Sequence record: PP107930.1
Strand: one strand, 5' to 3'
Source: Escherichia phage FXie-2024a
DNA: 53,383 bases
Position 1 is the stretch's first letter. Each line of letters begins with the position of its first letter. Below are positions 30,335 through 39,841 of this stretch, in pieces. The notes under the pieces were generated by a model. It was not told the origin of the DNA, did no database searches, and was given only the letters and a program-made list of their open reading frames with translations. A program made the position numbers and the translations under genes.

Positions 30335-31201
30335 TTAGAACGGCATACCCGTACCGCCAGCAGCACCACCTTCAGCTTCACGCTGTGCTTTCGCAGCAGC
30401 TTGTGCTTCCAGTTCAGCTTTCATGGCTGCATCAACTTCTTCATCAGAAGCCTGATTCGGTACAGCACCATCATCAGCAGGTTTGCCACCTAACAGAGCA
30501 GACAGCTTGGTCTTGTAGAAATCAACACCGGAAGTAATACGGTTCTTGATTGCATACGGAGATTCGCCACCAGGCAGCTTGTTGAATACTTCCAGGTCTG
30601 GCTCAGACATGTCGAAGAAGACAGTCGGGTTCACCAGAGCTTTAGCTTCTTTCTTCTCTTTGGACTTCATCGGAGAGAAGGTAGCAACCTTGTTCGCAAC
30701 CTGACCAGCATTCTTGCCGGACTGCTTGGTGTATTGAACAATGCCAACAACCAGAGGTTCGGTCAACCAATCTGGAAGGTTCTTGGCAGGATGGCCCTGA
30801 ATACCTTGTTCCAGGTTAGGTTTAACTTCCAGTGCATCAATCGCTTTAGCGAATTTGTAGATGTGGGAGTTGTCACCCATGAAGCCATCGGCATTGTAGG
30901 TAAACTCAAAGTCAAACCAGCGTGGCTTGTCTTCAAGATTCTTCGCCATCATGATGCCGTCATCTTCGTCTGGGTCTTGAACCATGACCATTTTACCTTC
31001 GCCATCAACTTCTTTCATATACTCATCGAGCAGCTCGAAAGTAACCAGAAGTTTCAGAGACGGGGTAGGATATTTAGCAGAACCAGGCTGTAAGCCCAGG
31101 TCGATAATACGGCAAACACGAGCAGGATAACCACCCGCTTCCAGTAATGGTGCAGCAGAAGGAGTCTTGTTCGAGGCCAGGGTAGGAGCAGCAAATGCCA
31201 T
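30335..31201 (-). CDS. Hypothetical protein, possible ssDNA-binding or annealing protein
   Basis: 288 aa; acidic Ala-rich C-terminus ending in F; sits between DNA polymerase and exonuclease. Confidence 0.3.
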   Translation of the reverse strand: MAFAAPTLASNKTPSAAPLLEAGGYPARVCRIIDLGLQPGSAKYPTPSLKLLVTFELLDEYMKEVDGEGKMVMVQDPDEDDGIMMAKNLEDKPRWFDFEFTYNADGFMGDNSHIYKFAKAIDALEVKPNLEQGIQGHPAKNLPDWLTEPLVVGIVQYTKQSGKNAGQVANKVATFSPMKSKEKKEAKALVNPTVFFDMSEPDLEVFNKLPGGESPYAIKNRITSGVDFYKTKLSALLGGKPADDGAVPNQASDEEVDAAMKAELEAQAAAKAQREAEGGAAGGTGMPF

Positions 31202-31229
31202 TTTGAGTACCTTTAAGTTTCAGTTTTGG

Positions 31230-31502
31230 TTAATCGACTTGCAACATTGCAAGACGGAAGTCATATCCAACTAATGCTTCGGACAGCTCTTCAATTGAAG
31301 TTGTTGCCGAGATTAAAGTTTGGAGGTTTTTAAATGTCTCATCGTTAAATGCTTGAGACTGTGTGTCGGACGAATAGAATACTTTGTCCTTAATCTTTTC
31401 AAGGAACGCCATTACAGCGTCCTTTGCGAGAACTTCGGAATCGGTAGCAAACATATGGTGCTCTGATTCCTGCACATCAAAAATAGAATATACAGTTTGC
31501 AT
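31230..31502 (-). CDS. Hypothetical protein
   Basis: 90 aa ORF directly downstream of the DNA polymerase gene. Confidence 0.4.
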   Translation of the reverse strand: MQTVYSIFDVQESEHHMFATDSEVLAKDAVMAFLEKIKDKVFYSSDTQSQAFNDETFKNLQTLISATTSIEELSEALVGYDFRLAMLQVD

Positions 31503-33436
31503 TAGTGAATCTCTGCGTAGTTATCGCCAAATTGTACATCACATGCACAATCACGATTGAGTTTAAGTTCTTTGTTGGTCCGGTCCATTGCTTCATTAAG
31601 CAAGTCCGTCCACAAATCACGGAAACCTTTCTTAACTTGGAGAATCAATTCATCATGGAATTGTCCAGACAGAAGCGGGTCACAGCCCCAACGTTCATTA
31701 CAAATTGCGATAATGTTGTTACACCAAATATCAAACACATATGCACCAGTACCCTGACACAATGTGGAGAAGCGGTCTTTCTCTGTACGCAATGAATACC
31801 AGAATTTGTTTACTGGATTCTGTTGCCACATCTGACCATCAACTGTGATAACTTTAGTGTTAGCAGCAATTTCTTTGATGGACCAGTTCAAGTCCCAATA
31901 TGCTTTATGCAGTCGTGCAGCAGTGGCCTGGTCACAGTCAGCAGAACGGGCAACTGTTGGAATACCAGCACCATACTGACAAGCATAGTTTGTGGTCTTA
32001 AACATTGGACGTTGCTTACATTTCTGTATGCCGTCTTTGTGGTCCTGAGATTCTTTCTCTGTGATAAATCCACCGATTACGCCAATTGCAAGGTGGGCAT
32101 CATAGTCTGGTGCCAACTGCTTCTTAACATATTCAGGGTCATACATCCATTGGAAGTGGTGTTTACAACGGTCTTCCAAGGAACACAAGTCAGAACCTAA
32201 CTGTTCGTAGTCTTCGCGAAACGCTTCCAACATTGAACGCAGTTCTTCACCGCCAAATACACGAATAGAAGGGAGGTTAACAAGTTCGCGATGTTTAAGG
32301 CGTAAAGTATTGGTAAGGCCACCGCATCGTGCAGTAAGGTATCCGTCTTCATCGACGTCGCGAAGAAAACCATTAACAACAGAGAGACGGTGTTTATACA
32401 CGCCCATCCCAATAAGATGTTGAATACCAGATTCGGGGTTTCTTTCTGCCAACTTATGGAGGCTTGGACATATTTCAGGATTGCCATCTTCATCCTTAAC
32501 AGTGATTTGAGGAATCTGGCGAGTCTCACCTGTTTCCTTGTTGCGGTCGAACTTAAATGTTTCTGGCACCCAGCCTAAGCTGAACAACCAATCTTTAATC
32601 TGTACGTGAGAACCGGCGTTTGGTTCTTTATAACCCTTCAAGACTTTGATAGCTAAGTCTGGGTCTTTCCAGTCTAAACCGTTTGCATCACAAACAGCTT
32701 TCCACTTAATACCAGTGGAAGACAATTGTCCGTTTAGCTTGTGGCATTTAGCTGGACGGGTCTTGATTACATATTCAGGAATACGTGGCATTGATGCTTC
32801 CAATGCGTCCGTCTTCTCTTTAATCATTGGTTCCAGCTTGGCCTTAAATGCCAATGCCTTCTCGATGTTCAACTTCCAACGAGTACGTTGCTGAATAACC
32901 TGTTGGCGAGCTTTCGTCATCAAGTATTCAATGAAGCGTTTGACTTCAGATGGAGTCTTATAAATCTTGAGTAACTGGATGTACTGTTGTTCCCACAATT
33001 TGTGCTGAATCTTACAGTCTTCCAGTACACGATGGTTGTATTCTTCTTGTGTTTGGTTTTCCCAATCATCAATGACTGGTTTAGGCACACCAAACTCTTC
33101 ACCATAACCTTCAAGTCCATGCTTAACACGACGAGGTTGGAGATACCAACTGATAAATAGCGTATCAATCAGAGTACATTTTGAAACGTCATAACCAAGG
33201 AACTTCAATGCTTCAAAGTCAAAGGTTGCGCCGTTGTGCATGATTAGTGTTGGACCTGTGTCCAGAAAGTCTTGAATGGATTTTCGTTGCGTCCACTCAA
33301 TTACAGTTTCTTCACGAGTTTGAACATCAATGTATCCAATGTTGTGAAGACGTGGTGCAGCCTGTTTCTTCATCTGCTCCAACAAACCAGTTGTTTCAAT
33401 GTCACTGGCATACATATTTTCCCAAGGATACAACAC
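31502..33436 (-). CDS. DNA polymerase, family A, with 3'-5' exonuclease domain
   Basis: 644 aa; exo motif DIETTGL; motif B-like KTTNYACQYGAG; motif C-like QFHDELILQV. Confidence 0.75.
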   Translation of the reverse strand: MLYPWENMYASDIETTGLLEQMKKQAAPRLHNIGYIDVQTREETVIEWTQRKSIQDFLDTGPTLIMHNGATFDFEALKFLGYDVSKCTLIDTLFISWYLQPRRVKHGLEGYGEEFGVPKPVIDDWENQTQEEYNHRVLEDCKIQHKLWEQQYIQLLKIYKTPSEVKRFIEYLMTKARQQVIQQRTRWKLNIEKALAFKAKLEPMIKEKTDALEASMPRIPEYVIKTRPAKCHKLNGQLSSTGIKWKAVCDANGLDWKDPDLAIKVLKGYKEPNAGSHVQIKDWLFSLGWVPETFKFDRNKETGETRQIPQITVKDEDGNPEICPSLHKLAERNPESGIQHLIGMGVYKHRLSVVNGFLRDVDEDGYLTARCGGLTNTLRLKHRELVNLPSIRVFGGEELRSMLEAFREDYEQLGSDLCSLEDRCKHHFQWMYDPEYVKKQLAPDYDAHLAIGVIGGFITEKESQDHKDGIQKCKQRPMFKTTNYACQYGAGIPTVARSADCDQATAARLHKAYWDLNWSIKEIAANTKVITVDGQMWQQNPVNKFWYSLRTEKDRFSTLCQGTGAYVFDIWCNNIIAICNERWGCDPLLSGQFHDELILQVKKGFRDLWTDLLNEAMDRTNKELKLNRDCACDVQFGDNYAEIH

Positions 33437-33502
33437 AGTATGGCTCCAATGGATTTAAGGAGGGCCGCGCTGGTGGGCGAACCATGCAGCGCAGCAGCTC
33501 TG

Positions 33503-35266
33503 TTATTGGTGTGGACCGTTCTTCTTAGTAAGTTGAACAATCTCTTTAGTTTCGAACAGCGAGTCTTCCCAAGAACGTTGAATGATTCGACCTGAGTCTG
33601 TGTCATAGTACGTCTTGAAGCCTTCTGTTTTACCACTCTTACGAGCTTTGATGGAACGAATAATAGAACAGTTTGGGTCTACTGCCTGACTATTACGTTC
33701 AAAGCCAAACATACCATGAGAATACTTAGCAGCAGCACGAGAGCCAGTAAAGTCTGACTTCTTGATACGTCCACCATCTTCATGAGGTCGCTGACCTTTT
33801 GCCACAGGGTTAAGGTGCGACAGAATATTAACGTGGAACTGGTACTGGTCTGCTAACTTTGTAATGTCTGCATACAGCTTACCTAAGAAGTCGTTCTTCT
33901 CTGAGGCAGAAATCCCTTCCGATAAGTAGGTTAAGTTATCAAGAACAAACATATCAATGTCTGGACCAATCTGACGAAGAATCGTCTTCAACCCATCCCA
34001 AGTTTCATAAGGGTCTTCTCCAGCTTGCTTGCGGTCCCAAATCTCCATGTTACGAAGCATCTTCGCAGCAGTTTGACGGAACTTCACTTCATCGTATCGA
34101 GGGTCTTCACGAGTAAACGCAGGTTCCCAATACGGCAAGTTGTCATTAAGGCCAGCCATACGGCGTAATGTTTCCGCAGGAGTTTCTTCCATGTATGCAG
34201 TAAACACTCCCCAATCATGCTGAATAATATTGTGATGCACAATCTGACGAGAAAGTGTAGTCTTACCACCACCTTCTGCACCACCGATTGAGATAACTTC
34301 GGCACGACGTTGACCAAACATTAAGTCGGTTAACTTAGTCCAGGGATAGTCCACACCCTGTTCAACTTCGTCATCAAGCTCTTCCATAAGAAGTTCTTTA
34401 TCGACAAGAGCTGTGGGCAGAGGTCGGGCAGCACGGAATACAACAGCAGATTGAGTAGCTTTAAGCAAGCCACGCTTCAGACAATCGTTGGCATCATTAG
34501 CTGGAAGAGTTGCAATCATTGCACCAGGCAACAATCGGCACGCTTCCTTAGCAGCTTTACGCCCAGGTTCATCATCATCAAATACGATAACAACCTGCTC
34601 CCAACGTTGCTTAATTTCTTCTGCAACTGGTGACAAACATTTGTGTACGGAATCGCTTCCATCACTCAAACTAATTACAGCAAAATCCAAATCTTCATAT
34701 GCACCACCACGGTTCATGGTCTTCAAGATTTGACGCAATGCGATACAGTCTTCTTCACCTTCTGTGATGAACAGTGTCTTACCGCCAATTGCTTTTGCGG
34801 CCATCCAGTTGTAAGGGTCGTTACCCTGGGTGTCGCCAACCGACCACATAACTTTCTTGTTCAGAAGTTTAATCTTCCAACGAACAAGTTTACCATTTTT
34901 GGTGTAGCCATGTGCCAGAGCATTTGGAGTCTTTCCATCATACTCTGAATACAGAAGTCGGACACCAGCAGCTTTCCAGAAATCTGGTTCAATACTGCGA
35001 TGGTCTAAATCAAACGGAGGACAAGCAGTGACTTCATCAATTTCTTCCTGAATTTCTTCTGGAGTTTTGACTTTAATCTCTGGAATGTTCTCCGGATTAT
35101 TGCCATAAGGATTTGGTACTAGAACGCCACATGCAAAGCAGTAACCAGAAAAGTTCTTATTACCAGCTTCATCGACATTCAACCAAACCTGTAAAGACTT
35201 GCCAGATGTGGATTTACAGTCTGGTACATCGTGCTTAATCTTAGCCACACATTGCTTGACGTTCAT
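33503..35266 (-). CDS. Primase-helicase (T7 gp4-like)
   Basis: 587 aa; N-terminal Cys-rich zinc-binding region; helicase Walker A GGAEGGGKTT. Confidence 0.75.
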   Translation of the reverse strand: MNVKQCVAKIKHDVPDCKSTSGKSLQVWLNVDEAGNKNFSGYCFACGVLVPNPYGNNPENIPEIKVKTPEEIQEEIDEVTACPPFDLDHRSIEPDFWKAAGVRLLYSEYDGKTPNALAHGYTKNGKLVRWKIKLLNKKVMWSVGDTQGNDPYNWMAAKAIGGKTLFITEGEEDCIALRQILKTMNRGGAYEDLDFAVISLSDGSDSVHKCLSPVAEEIKQRWEQVVIVFDDDEPGRKAAKEACRLLPGAMIATLPANDANDCLKRGLLKATQSAVVFRAARPLPTALVDKELLMEELDDEVEQGVDYPWTKLTDLMFGQRRAEVISIGGAEGGGKTTLSRQIVHHNIIQHDWGVFTAYMEETPAETLRRMAGLNDNLPYWEPAFTREDPRYDEVKFRQTAAKMLRNMEIWDRKQAGEDPYETWDGLKTILRQIGPDIDMFVLDNLTYLSEGISASEKNDFLGKLYADITKLADQYQFHVNILSHLNPVAKGQRPHEDGGRIKKSDFTGSRAAAKYSHGMFGFERNSQAVDPNCSIIRSIKARKSGKTEGFKTYYDTDSGRIIQRSWEDSLFETKEIVQLTKKNGPHQ

Positions 35267-35270
35267 TTAT

Positions 35271-35921
35271 TTATTCCTGGTTGGTCAGAGCCTTCCAACA
35301 AATTGGGAACAGTTCTGACATAATTTTATTCACTTCTTCCGCAAACAAGCGAACTTCATATTGCGCATGTTCGGAGGAACGTTGATTATACATAGATGCC
35401 CAGCCATAAAGTGAGCCAGTCCAAATCCATTCAGTCATCATGGATTGTGGAAGAACCATGCGAGCTTGCTCTGGGGCAATCCCCAAACCAATTAACGTTT
35501 CATACTCTGCAATGCAAGCCTTGTTGTGGCTTTCCATGCGATAATGAATGTCATCAGCAAAATCTTGCGGCAACGGTTGTGCAGTCTGAGTCATCAACTT
35601 CTCAGGACGACCGAATACAACACCTGGTACAAAGCATTCAATCGAGATTGCTTCACCATCTTTGTAACGACGGCTAACCTCATTCCAACTAAAGCCAGTT
35701 TGGTGTTTGCCAAGCTGACGTGCAATGAAGATTGGGGCCTTGCAGCGAAGAGTTACCTGTGCGTGACGAAATGGAGTAATGTGCTTATGCTTTGCAAGAA
35801 ACTCAATCAGCTTCTCGTCTCGCAAGGACATTTCATGCGACTCTGCACCATAGGAAACTCGTGCAGCATTAACAGTTGTAAGGTCGTCGCCCATGCGGTC
35901 GACAAGTGTTGCAGTAATCAT
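35271..35921 (-). CDS. ThyX-family protein with altered nucleotide-binding motif
   Basis: 216 aa; aligns along its length with flavin-dependent thymidylate synthase as recalled (AARVSY, KAPIFIARQ, SEHAQYE), but the RHR motif reads KHQ. Confidence 0.65.
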   Translation of the reverse strand: MITATLVDRMGDDLTTVNAARVSYGAESHEMSLRDEKLIEFLAKHKHITPFRHAQVTLRCKAPIFIARQLGKHQTGFSWNEVSRRYKDGEAISIECFVPGVVFGRPEKLMTQTAQPLPQDFADDIHYRMESHNKACIAEYETLIGLGIAPEQARMVLPQSMMTEWIWTGSLYGWASMYNQRSSEHAQYEVRLFAEEVNKIMSELFPICWKALTNQE

Positions 35922-35977
35922 TTGCTCTCCGGTTCATATGGTGGGAGATTAATTAGCTCCGCACCATAACAATGGTA

Positions 35978-36208
35978 TTATTTTAATGACGCCTGGATTT
36001 CTTTCATAGACGCATTTAGTACAGAACGCTTTTCATATTCGCGTTGATTGTACGTGTTTGTCAGTGCTTCCGCAGCTTCTATTGACAAGATTGCAAAACC
36101 ACCAAAGGCATTGCGAACTTCTTCAATATCCATGTGCAGGACTTCACTTGTGATTTGGCTTGCTATTACGGCCTTATAAATCTCTTCGGCAATTTCAGCA
36201 GTTTTCAT
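35978..36208 (-). CDS. Hypothetical protein
   Basis: 76 aa ORF. Confidence 0.4.
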   Translation of the reverse strand: MKTAEIAEEIYKAVIASQITSEVLHMDIEEVRNAFGGFAILSIEAAEALTNTYNQREYEKRSVLNASMKEIQASLK

Positions 36209-36605
36209 GTTTCTCTCCAGTTAAAATTTAAGTAAGTGTCCTGACGTGAACTGTTACAAAACACTTATTAAATTTGATTCGAACCGCCCAAGTGAATCAG
36301 CCTTGTTTATGGGGGACCATCGGGGAAAAGTATAAACCCGCTTAATGCTCGCATCATGTTTGAACATTAAGAACCCTCGACTTGCATATTTCATGTGTAT
36401 AGGAACATAGTCTGGATTTTGAATCCAGCTAACTTCGGATGAGGAGTAACCCAAATAAAAGCCTGAACTTTCTTTCTGCACAACACAATCAGCGCAACTA
36501 AGCCGTATCGCTACGGTATGCCAGACGCTCGCTTGAGCCTTTTGAACAGAGGCATAACTGTTGGAGGAAAATGGTAGCCGATACGTTGGCCAGACGCTGT
36601 GATAT

Positions 36606-36806
36606 TTAACAAGGGTCACTATCAGGTTCTGTCAACTTCTTGCGAAGGAATGTGTCTTCTGCGTTATACAGAAATGCGTAATAAAGCTGCTTTGCCTTAT
36701 GTCGGCTACAACCTAGAGCTACCTGAATTTCTTGATACTGATATGTACGCACCTCATTATTAATGATTGCGTTACGAATGATTGCACGAATGCTAATTTT
36801 GTCCAT
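36606..36806 (-). CDS. Hypothetical small protein
   Basis: 66 aa ORF preceded by AAGGTAG ribosome-binding site. Confidence 0.3.
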   Translation of the reverse strand: MDKISIRAIIRNAIINNEVRTYQYQEIQVALGCSRHKAKQLYYAFLYNAEDTFLRKKLTEPDSDPC

Positions 36807-37417
36807 AGAAGACTACCTTATATGTGATTGAGGTTGCGGCCTTTACGCGGCCAACGTGCCATTAATGCTGGCAAGACAGAGCTAACGTTCTCAAGCACTT
36901 TGGCGAGGATGTTCTCGGACACTGTTTTAGGAAGTGACCACCTGAACGTCTCGTGTTCATTACGTTGACTTTACGGAGTCATCGGAGCTTCGTTCTCAAG
37001 CACGCCGTTTTCTTCTTTGGCCGGAGTCAAGCCGCAAGCCTTTGTCTCGGTGGACTAACCTTCTCACACTAACGATGTGTAGCGGGACGTTCCAATCCTA
37101 GGAGGCAGCAATTTTAATTGTTATGCCCAGAGCAACGTGCGGGCTTTCACCGACTTCCTCGAAAGGTTGGGTTCACGTTATTTATAGTCGCGCATCCCAC
37201 TCGACTGCCAAATGTTGTTGATGCGATGGCGAGCATTTGTTTCACTGTACTTGTTTATAGATGCAACAGGCTCATCTTGTTCACTCACTGTCGGGTAAGT
37301 TTAGAACACTTTTGTGCCCACGTTTCATTGTGGACTAAAATCTGTGTTTTGGTTTCGCGTGACAAAACTTTTACTTCTGCAACATCCAAATAGATTGGTT
37401 GTGCAATCAAGCAGTAG

Positions 37418-37654
37418 TCACTTACGAACCCACTTTGAGAGCAACTCGTTATCGACATTGCTATCAGAACTGCTGCTAACTTCTTTCTGAACATGCGATT
37501 TAATCTCGATAGATTCTTTTAACGAATCGAATTGCTTCTCTTTGGCTTCCTGACGCTCCTCGGCTTTGCCTGAGCTTTTGCCTTTGAGGAACACTGCAAG
37601 GAGAATGCCCAATGCAGTCAAGACGCCAAGAAAGATTGACTTAAGCTGTTGCAT
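37418..37654 (-). CDS. Small membrane protein (N-terminal TM helix plus charged tail)
   Basis: 78 aa; hydrophobic IFLGVLTALGILLAVFL then a Lys/Glu-rich region. Confidence 0.45.
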   Translation of the reverse strand: MQQLKSIFLGVLTALGILLAVFLKGKSSGKAEERQEAKEKQFDSLKESIEIKSHVQKEVSSSSDSNVDNELLSKWVRK

Positions 37655-37661
37655 GAATCAC

Positions 37662-37802
37662 CTTAGATGGCGCACGCACCACTTGAGCAGTCGTTATCAC
37701 CAGCACCAGGAACGATTGCTTCTTCGTCCTGCTTCTTCTTGAGTTCTTCAATTGCTTCTTCGGCAGCACCGAAGTCCAAATTGTCTAATGCATCAAAATC
37801 CA
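37662..37802 (-). CDS. Unlisted 46-aa acidic peptide
   Basis: ATG at 37800..37802 to TAA at 37662..37664; MDFDALDNLDFGAAEEAIEELKKK...DCSSGACAI; between the tRNA-like element and the membrane-protein gene. Confidence 0.25.
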
Positions 37803-37831
37803 TGAGGACTCCATGTTTGTTGTTGAGAGTG

Positions 37832-37924
37832 GCGGACGAGGTTGGGTTCGAACCAACGACACATCTGTCTTACAGATTGCTCTACCTGACTAAGCTCTGG
37901 AGCAGACCTTCTGAGCTACTCGTC
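37832..37924 (-). tRNA. tRNA-like element with non-canonical D region
   Basis: 7-bp acceptor pairing (GGACGAG / CTCGTCC), canonical T arm GTTGG-TTCGAAC-CCAAC, discriminator G and encoded CCA. About 93 nt; D and anticodon arms do not fold canonically. Confidence 0.4.
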
Positions 37925-38305
37925 CAGAATAAGGTGGGGGGTTTTGGTAACGCAGGTTTTCCCAAACTGCGAGGCTTGTAGCAAGACAGTCGCATTACTT
38001 TGCGAATGCCAGCAGGATTGATGGTCCGACCGTCTTTGCTTAGGCAACCTGATTTAATCTACCTTTGTAGATACCATCGGTTAGAGTAGTTTATTTCCAT
38101 GCTCAGGGCAATTCACTTATGCGAATTAGGTTACGCAGTGCAGCTTCGAAGTCACTGCCACAGGTTTGAGGTTTCCTGTGTGGAGGGAAATCCAGAGGAG
38201 CACTTCCTCAAGGAGTTACGTTTCATATTGGCATAGCTTCTCACACTAAACCAATTGAAGACATTCCAGTGTGCTCGTCCGTCCTCTAGAAATATCCAAC
38301 TGCAT

Positions 38306-38465
38306 AATTAAGTTTGTACTCTGTCACATCCCCACGCGCACTGAGGGACTTAAGCCTGCATTGCATCGCAGAATACAAATTGATAATTAAGTTTGTACTC
38401 TGTCACACTGCATCGCCAAGATGTGCAGCCTAAGGTTATCGGTTCATCGCAGAATACAAATTAAT
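38306..38465 (-). repeat. Tandem pair of ~80-bp imperfect palindromic elements
   Basis: Two adjacent units with conserved ends (AAGTTTGTACTCTGTCACA ... CATCGCAGAATACAAATT) that are inverted repeats of each other, enclosing different ~45-nt cores. Confidence 0.5.
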
Positions 38466-38635
38466 TATTGCTCCGATTTATTAATCACATCTCGAAGCCA
38501 CAATGCGCCAAATTTGGTTACATGGGATTGGAAGACCACGGAGAGAACTTAAATCTAATTAAGCTGCAACTCGCATTTCAGAATCATTTGCACTTGTGTT
38601 TAGTGTTTAAAACAGTCGCATAATAACGAAATGAA

Positions 38636-38691
38636 AACTACTTCAATAACACCACTCGTAAGTAATGTTATTGAAGCCCTCTCGTAAGAGG
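38636..38691 (-). terminator. Putative intrinsic terminator (double hairpin)
   Basis: Immediately after the stop of the 38703..39041 gene: CCTCT-TACG-AGAGG hairpin, then a 10-bp stem CTTCAATAAC / GTTATTGAAG, then a U-rich tract. Confidence 0.4.
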
Positions 38692-38702
38692 ACTCCATTG
38701 TC

Positions 38703-39041
38703 TTAGAATACCGGAGCTTCTTCAACAGCAGCTTCGGCAGCTTCGGCAACACTTGCGTCAGCAACTTTAGCTTCTTTCGGAGTGTCGAACGCAACACGTT
38801 CAACTTCAGGACAACCAGCTTCAACCCACGGCAGGTAGAATGCCAGGAAGGATGCAACGGTGTTGCTCTGCATGGAGCGAGAACGGTCAACCAGTTTCAT
38901 GGTGTTAGCAAATGCTTCAACAGCTGCGTCGATTTTAGCACCGTTTTCCAGTTTAAAATCGTGTGCGTTACATTCTGCTTCGCTCAGGAACAGGGAACCA
39001 TCGTTAGCTTCGTACTGGGTTACGGTTACAATCTTAGCCAT
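38703..39041 (-). CDS. Hypothetical acidic protein
   Basis: 113 aa from MAKIVTV (ATG 39039..39041) with AAGGT ribosome-binding site; the annotated longer start overlaps an upstream motif. Confidence 0.45.
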   Translation of the reverse strand: MAKIVTVTQYEANDGSLFLSEAECNAHDFKLENGAKIDAAVEAFANTMKLVDRSRSMQSNTVASFLAFYLPWVEAGCPEVERVAFDTPKEAKVADASVAEAAEAAVEEAPVF

Positions 39042-39116
39042 TTGTATATACCTTATATTAAATAGTTTTGCACGCCACGGTGACGTGACTGTAGATAGAT
39101 TAAAGAGCCTTTCTCT

Positions 39117-39134
39117 TTTCACATCCAATTAATG
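39117..39134 (-). promoter_or_regulatory. Copy of recurrent 18-bp motif, about 76 nt upstream of the 38703..39041 gene
   Basis: Plus strand TTCACATCCAATTAATGT. Confidence 0.35.
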
Positions 39135-39164
39135 TGTCAGGACTGCTCTGATTTAACAAACAAC

Positions 39165-39839
39165 TCAATACATATTGAATCGTTCGATTGATTTAATCAC
39201 TAAATCCTTTGTCTCAGCGACAGTGAGTTCAGTTGTAATCGAGTCGTCAATGCCCTCGATTTGAATTGCAACAAAACGTCCCACACCTGTTACAGTCATG
39301 CGGTTGGTTCGGTCACGGATAATCACACCAGCTTCACCCTCAACAGCACGAAGCAGTTTCCAACGAAGTGTGCGATTCGGCACAGCAAAGCCCTTTGTCG
39401 AGAACAACTCTTTCATGAGTTCCCCAAGGCAAACAGCTTCAATGTTCATTCCTCTTCCAACTAATTCTTGCAACAGGCACAATGTCAACATTTCTAAATT
39501 GTTGAAGTGTCCAGCGCGCTCCAGATTAAAGAACTCTGGAGGAACAGTTGAGCGGGATTTAACAGCTTGCTTATATGCACGTTCTTCTTCTTGTGCAGCA
39601 AGCATGAGCATCTCTGGTTTGATGTATTTCATCGCAGAGAAGCCAGCGCGAGTGGCTTTAATGATTCGGCAAGCCTCTTTCATTTTGTAGCGTTGCCACT
39701 CACCGCGTTTAGATTCTGGATTAAAATGGACCCACATGATGATAACATCTTCCTTGGCAAGATAGACGGCATCATTATCATTGAGCCACTGCTTGCACGT
39801 AGAAAGTGCAATTTCTTTGTCATCATCATGATAAGACAT
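39165..39839 (-). CDS. Hypothetical protein
   Basis: 224 aa early ORF. Confidence 0.45.
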   Translation of the reverse strand: MSYHDDDKEIALSTCKQWLNDNDAVYLAKEDVIIMWVHFNPESKRGEWQRYKMKEACRIIKATRAGFSAMKYIKPEMLMLAAQEEERAYKQAVKSRSTVPPEFFNLERAGHFNNLEMLTLCLLQELVGRGMNIEAVCLGELMKELFSTKGFAVPNRTLRWKLLRAVEGEAGVIIRDRTNRMTVTGVGRFVAIQIEGIDDSITTELTVAETKDLVIKSIERFNMY

Positions 39840-39841
39840 TA

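Noticed and set aside
36254-36619. 121-aa minus-strand ORF in the ORF-poor block
   Set aside because: Trp/Ser-rich, protein-unlike composition, no ribosome-binding site, and it overlaps RNA-like hairpins; more likely non-coding.
37832-37924. Confident anticodon assignment for the tRNA-like element
   Set aside because: No single cloverleaf satisfies both D and anticodon arms; assigning an amino acid would be over-interpretation.
38306-38465. CRISPR array
   Set aside because: Only two units, with palindromic ends and no regular repeat-spacer periodicity; nothing CRISPR-like elsewhere.
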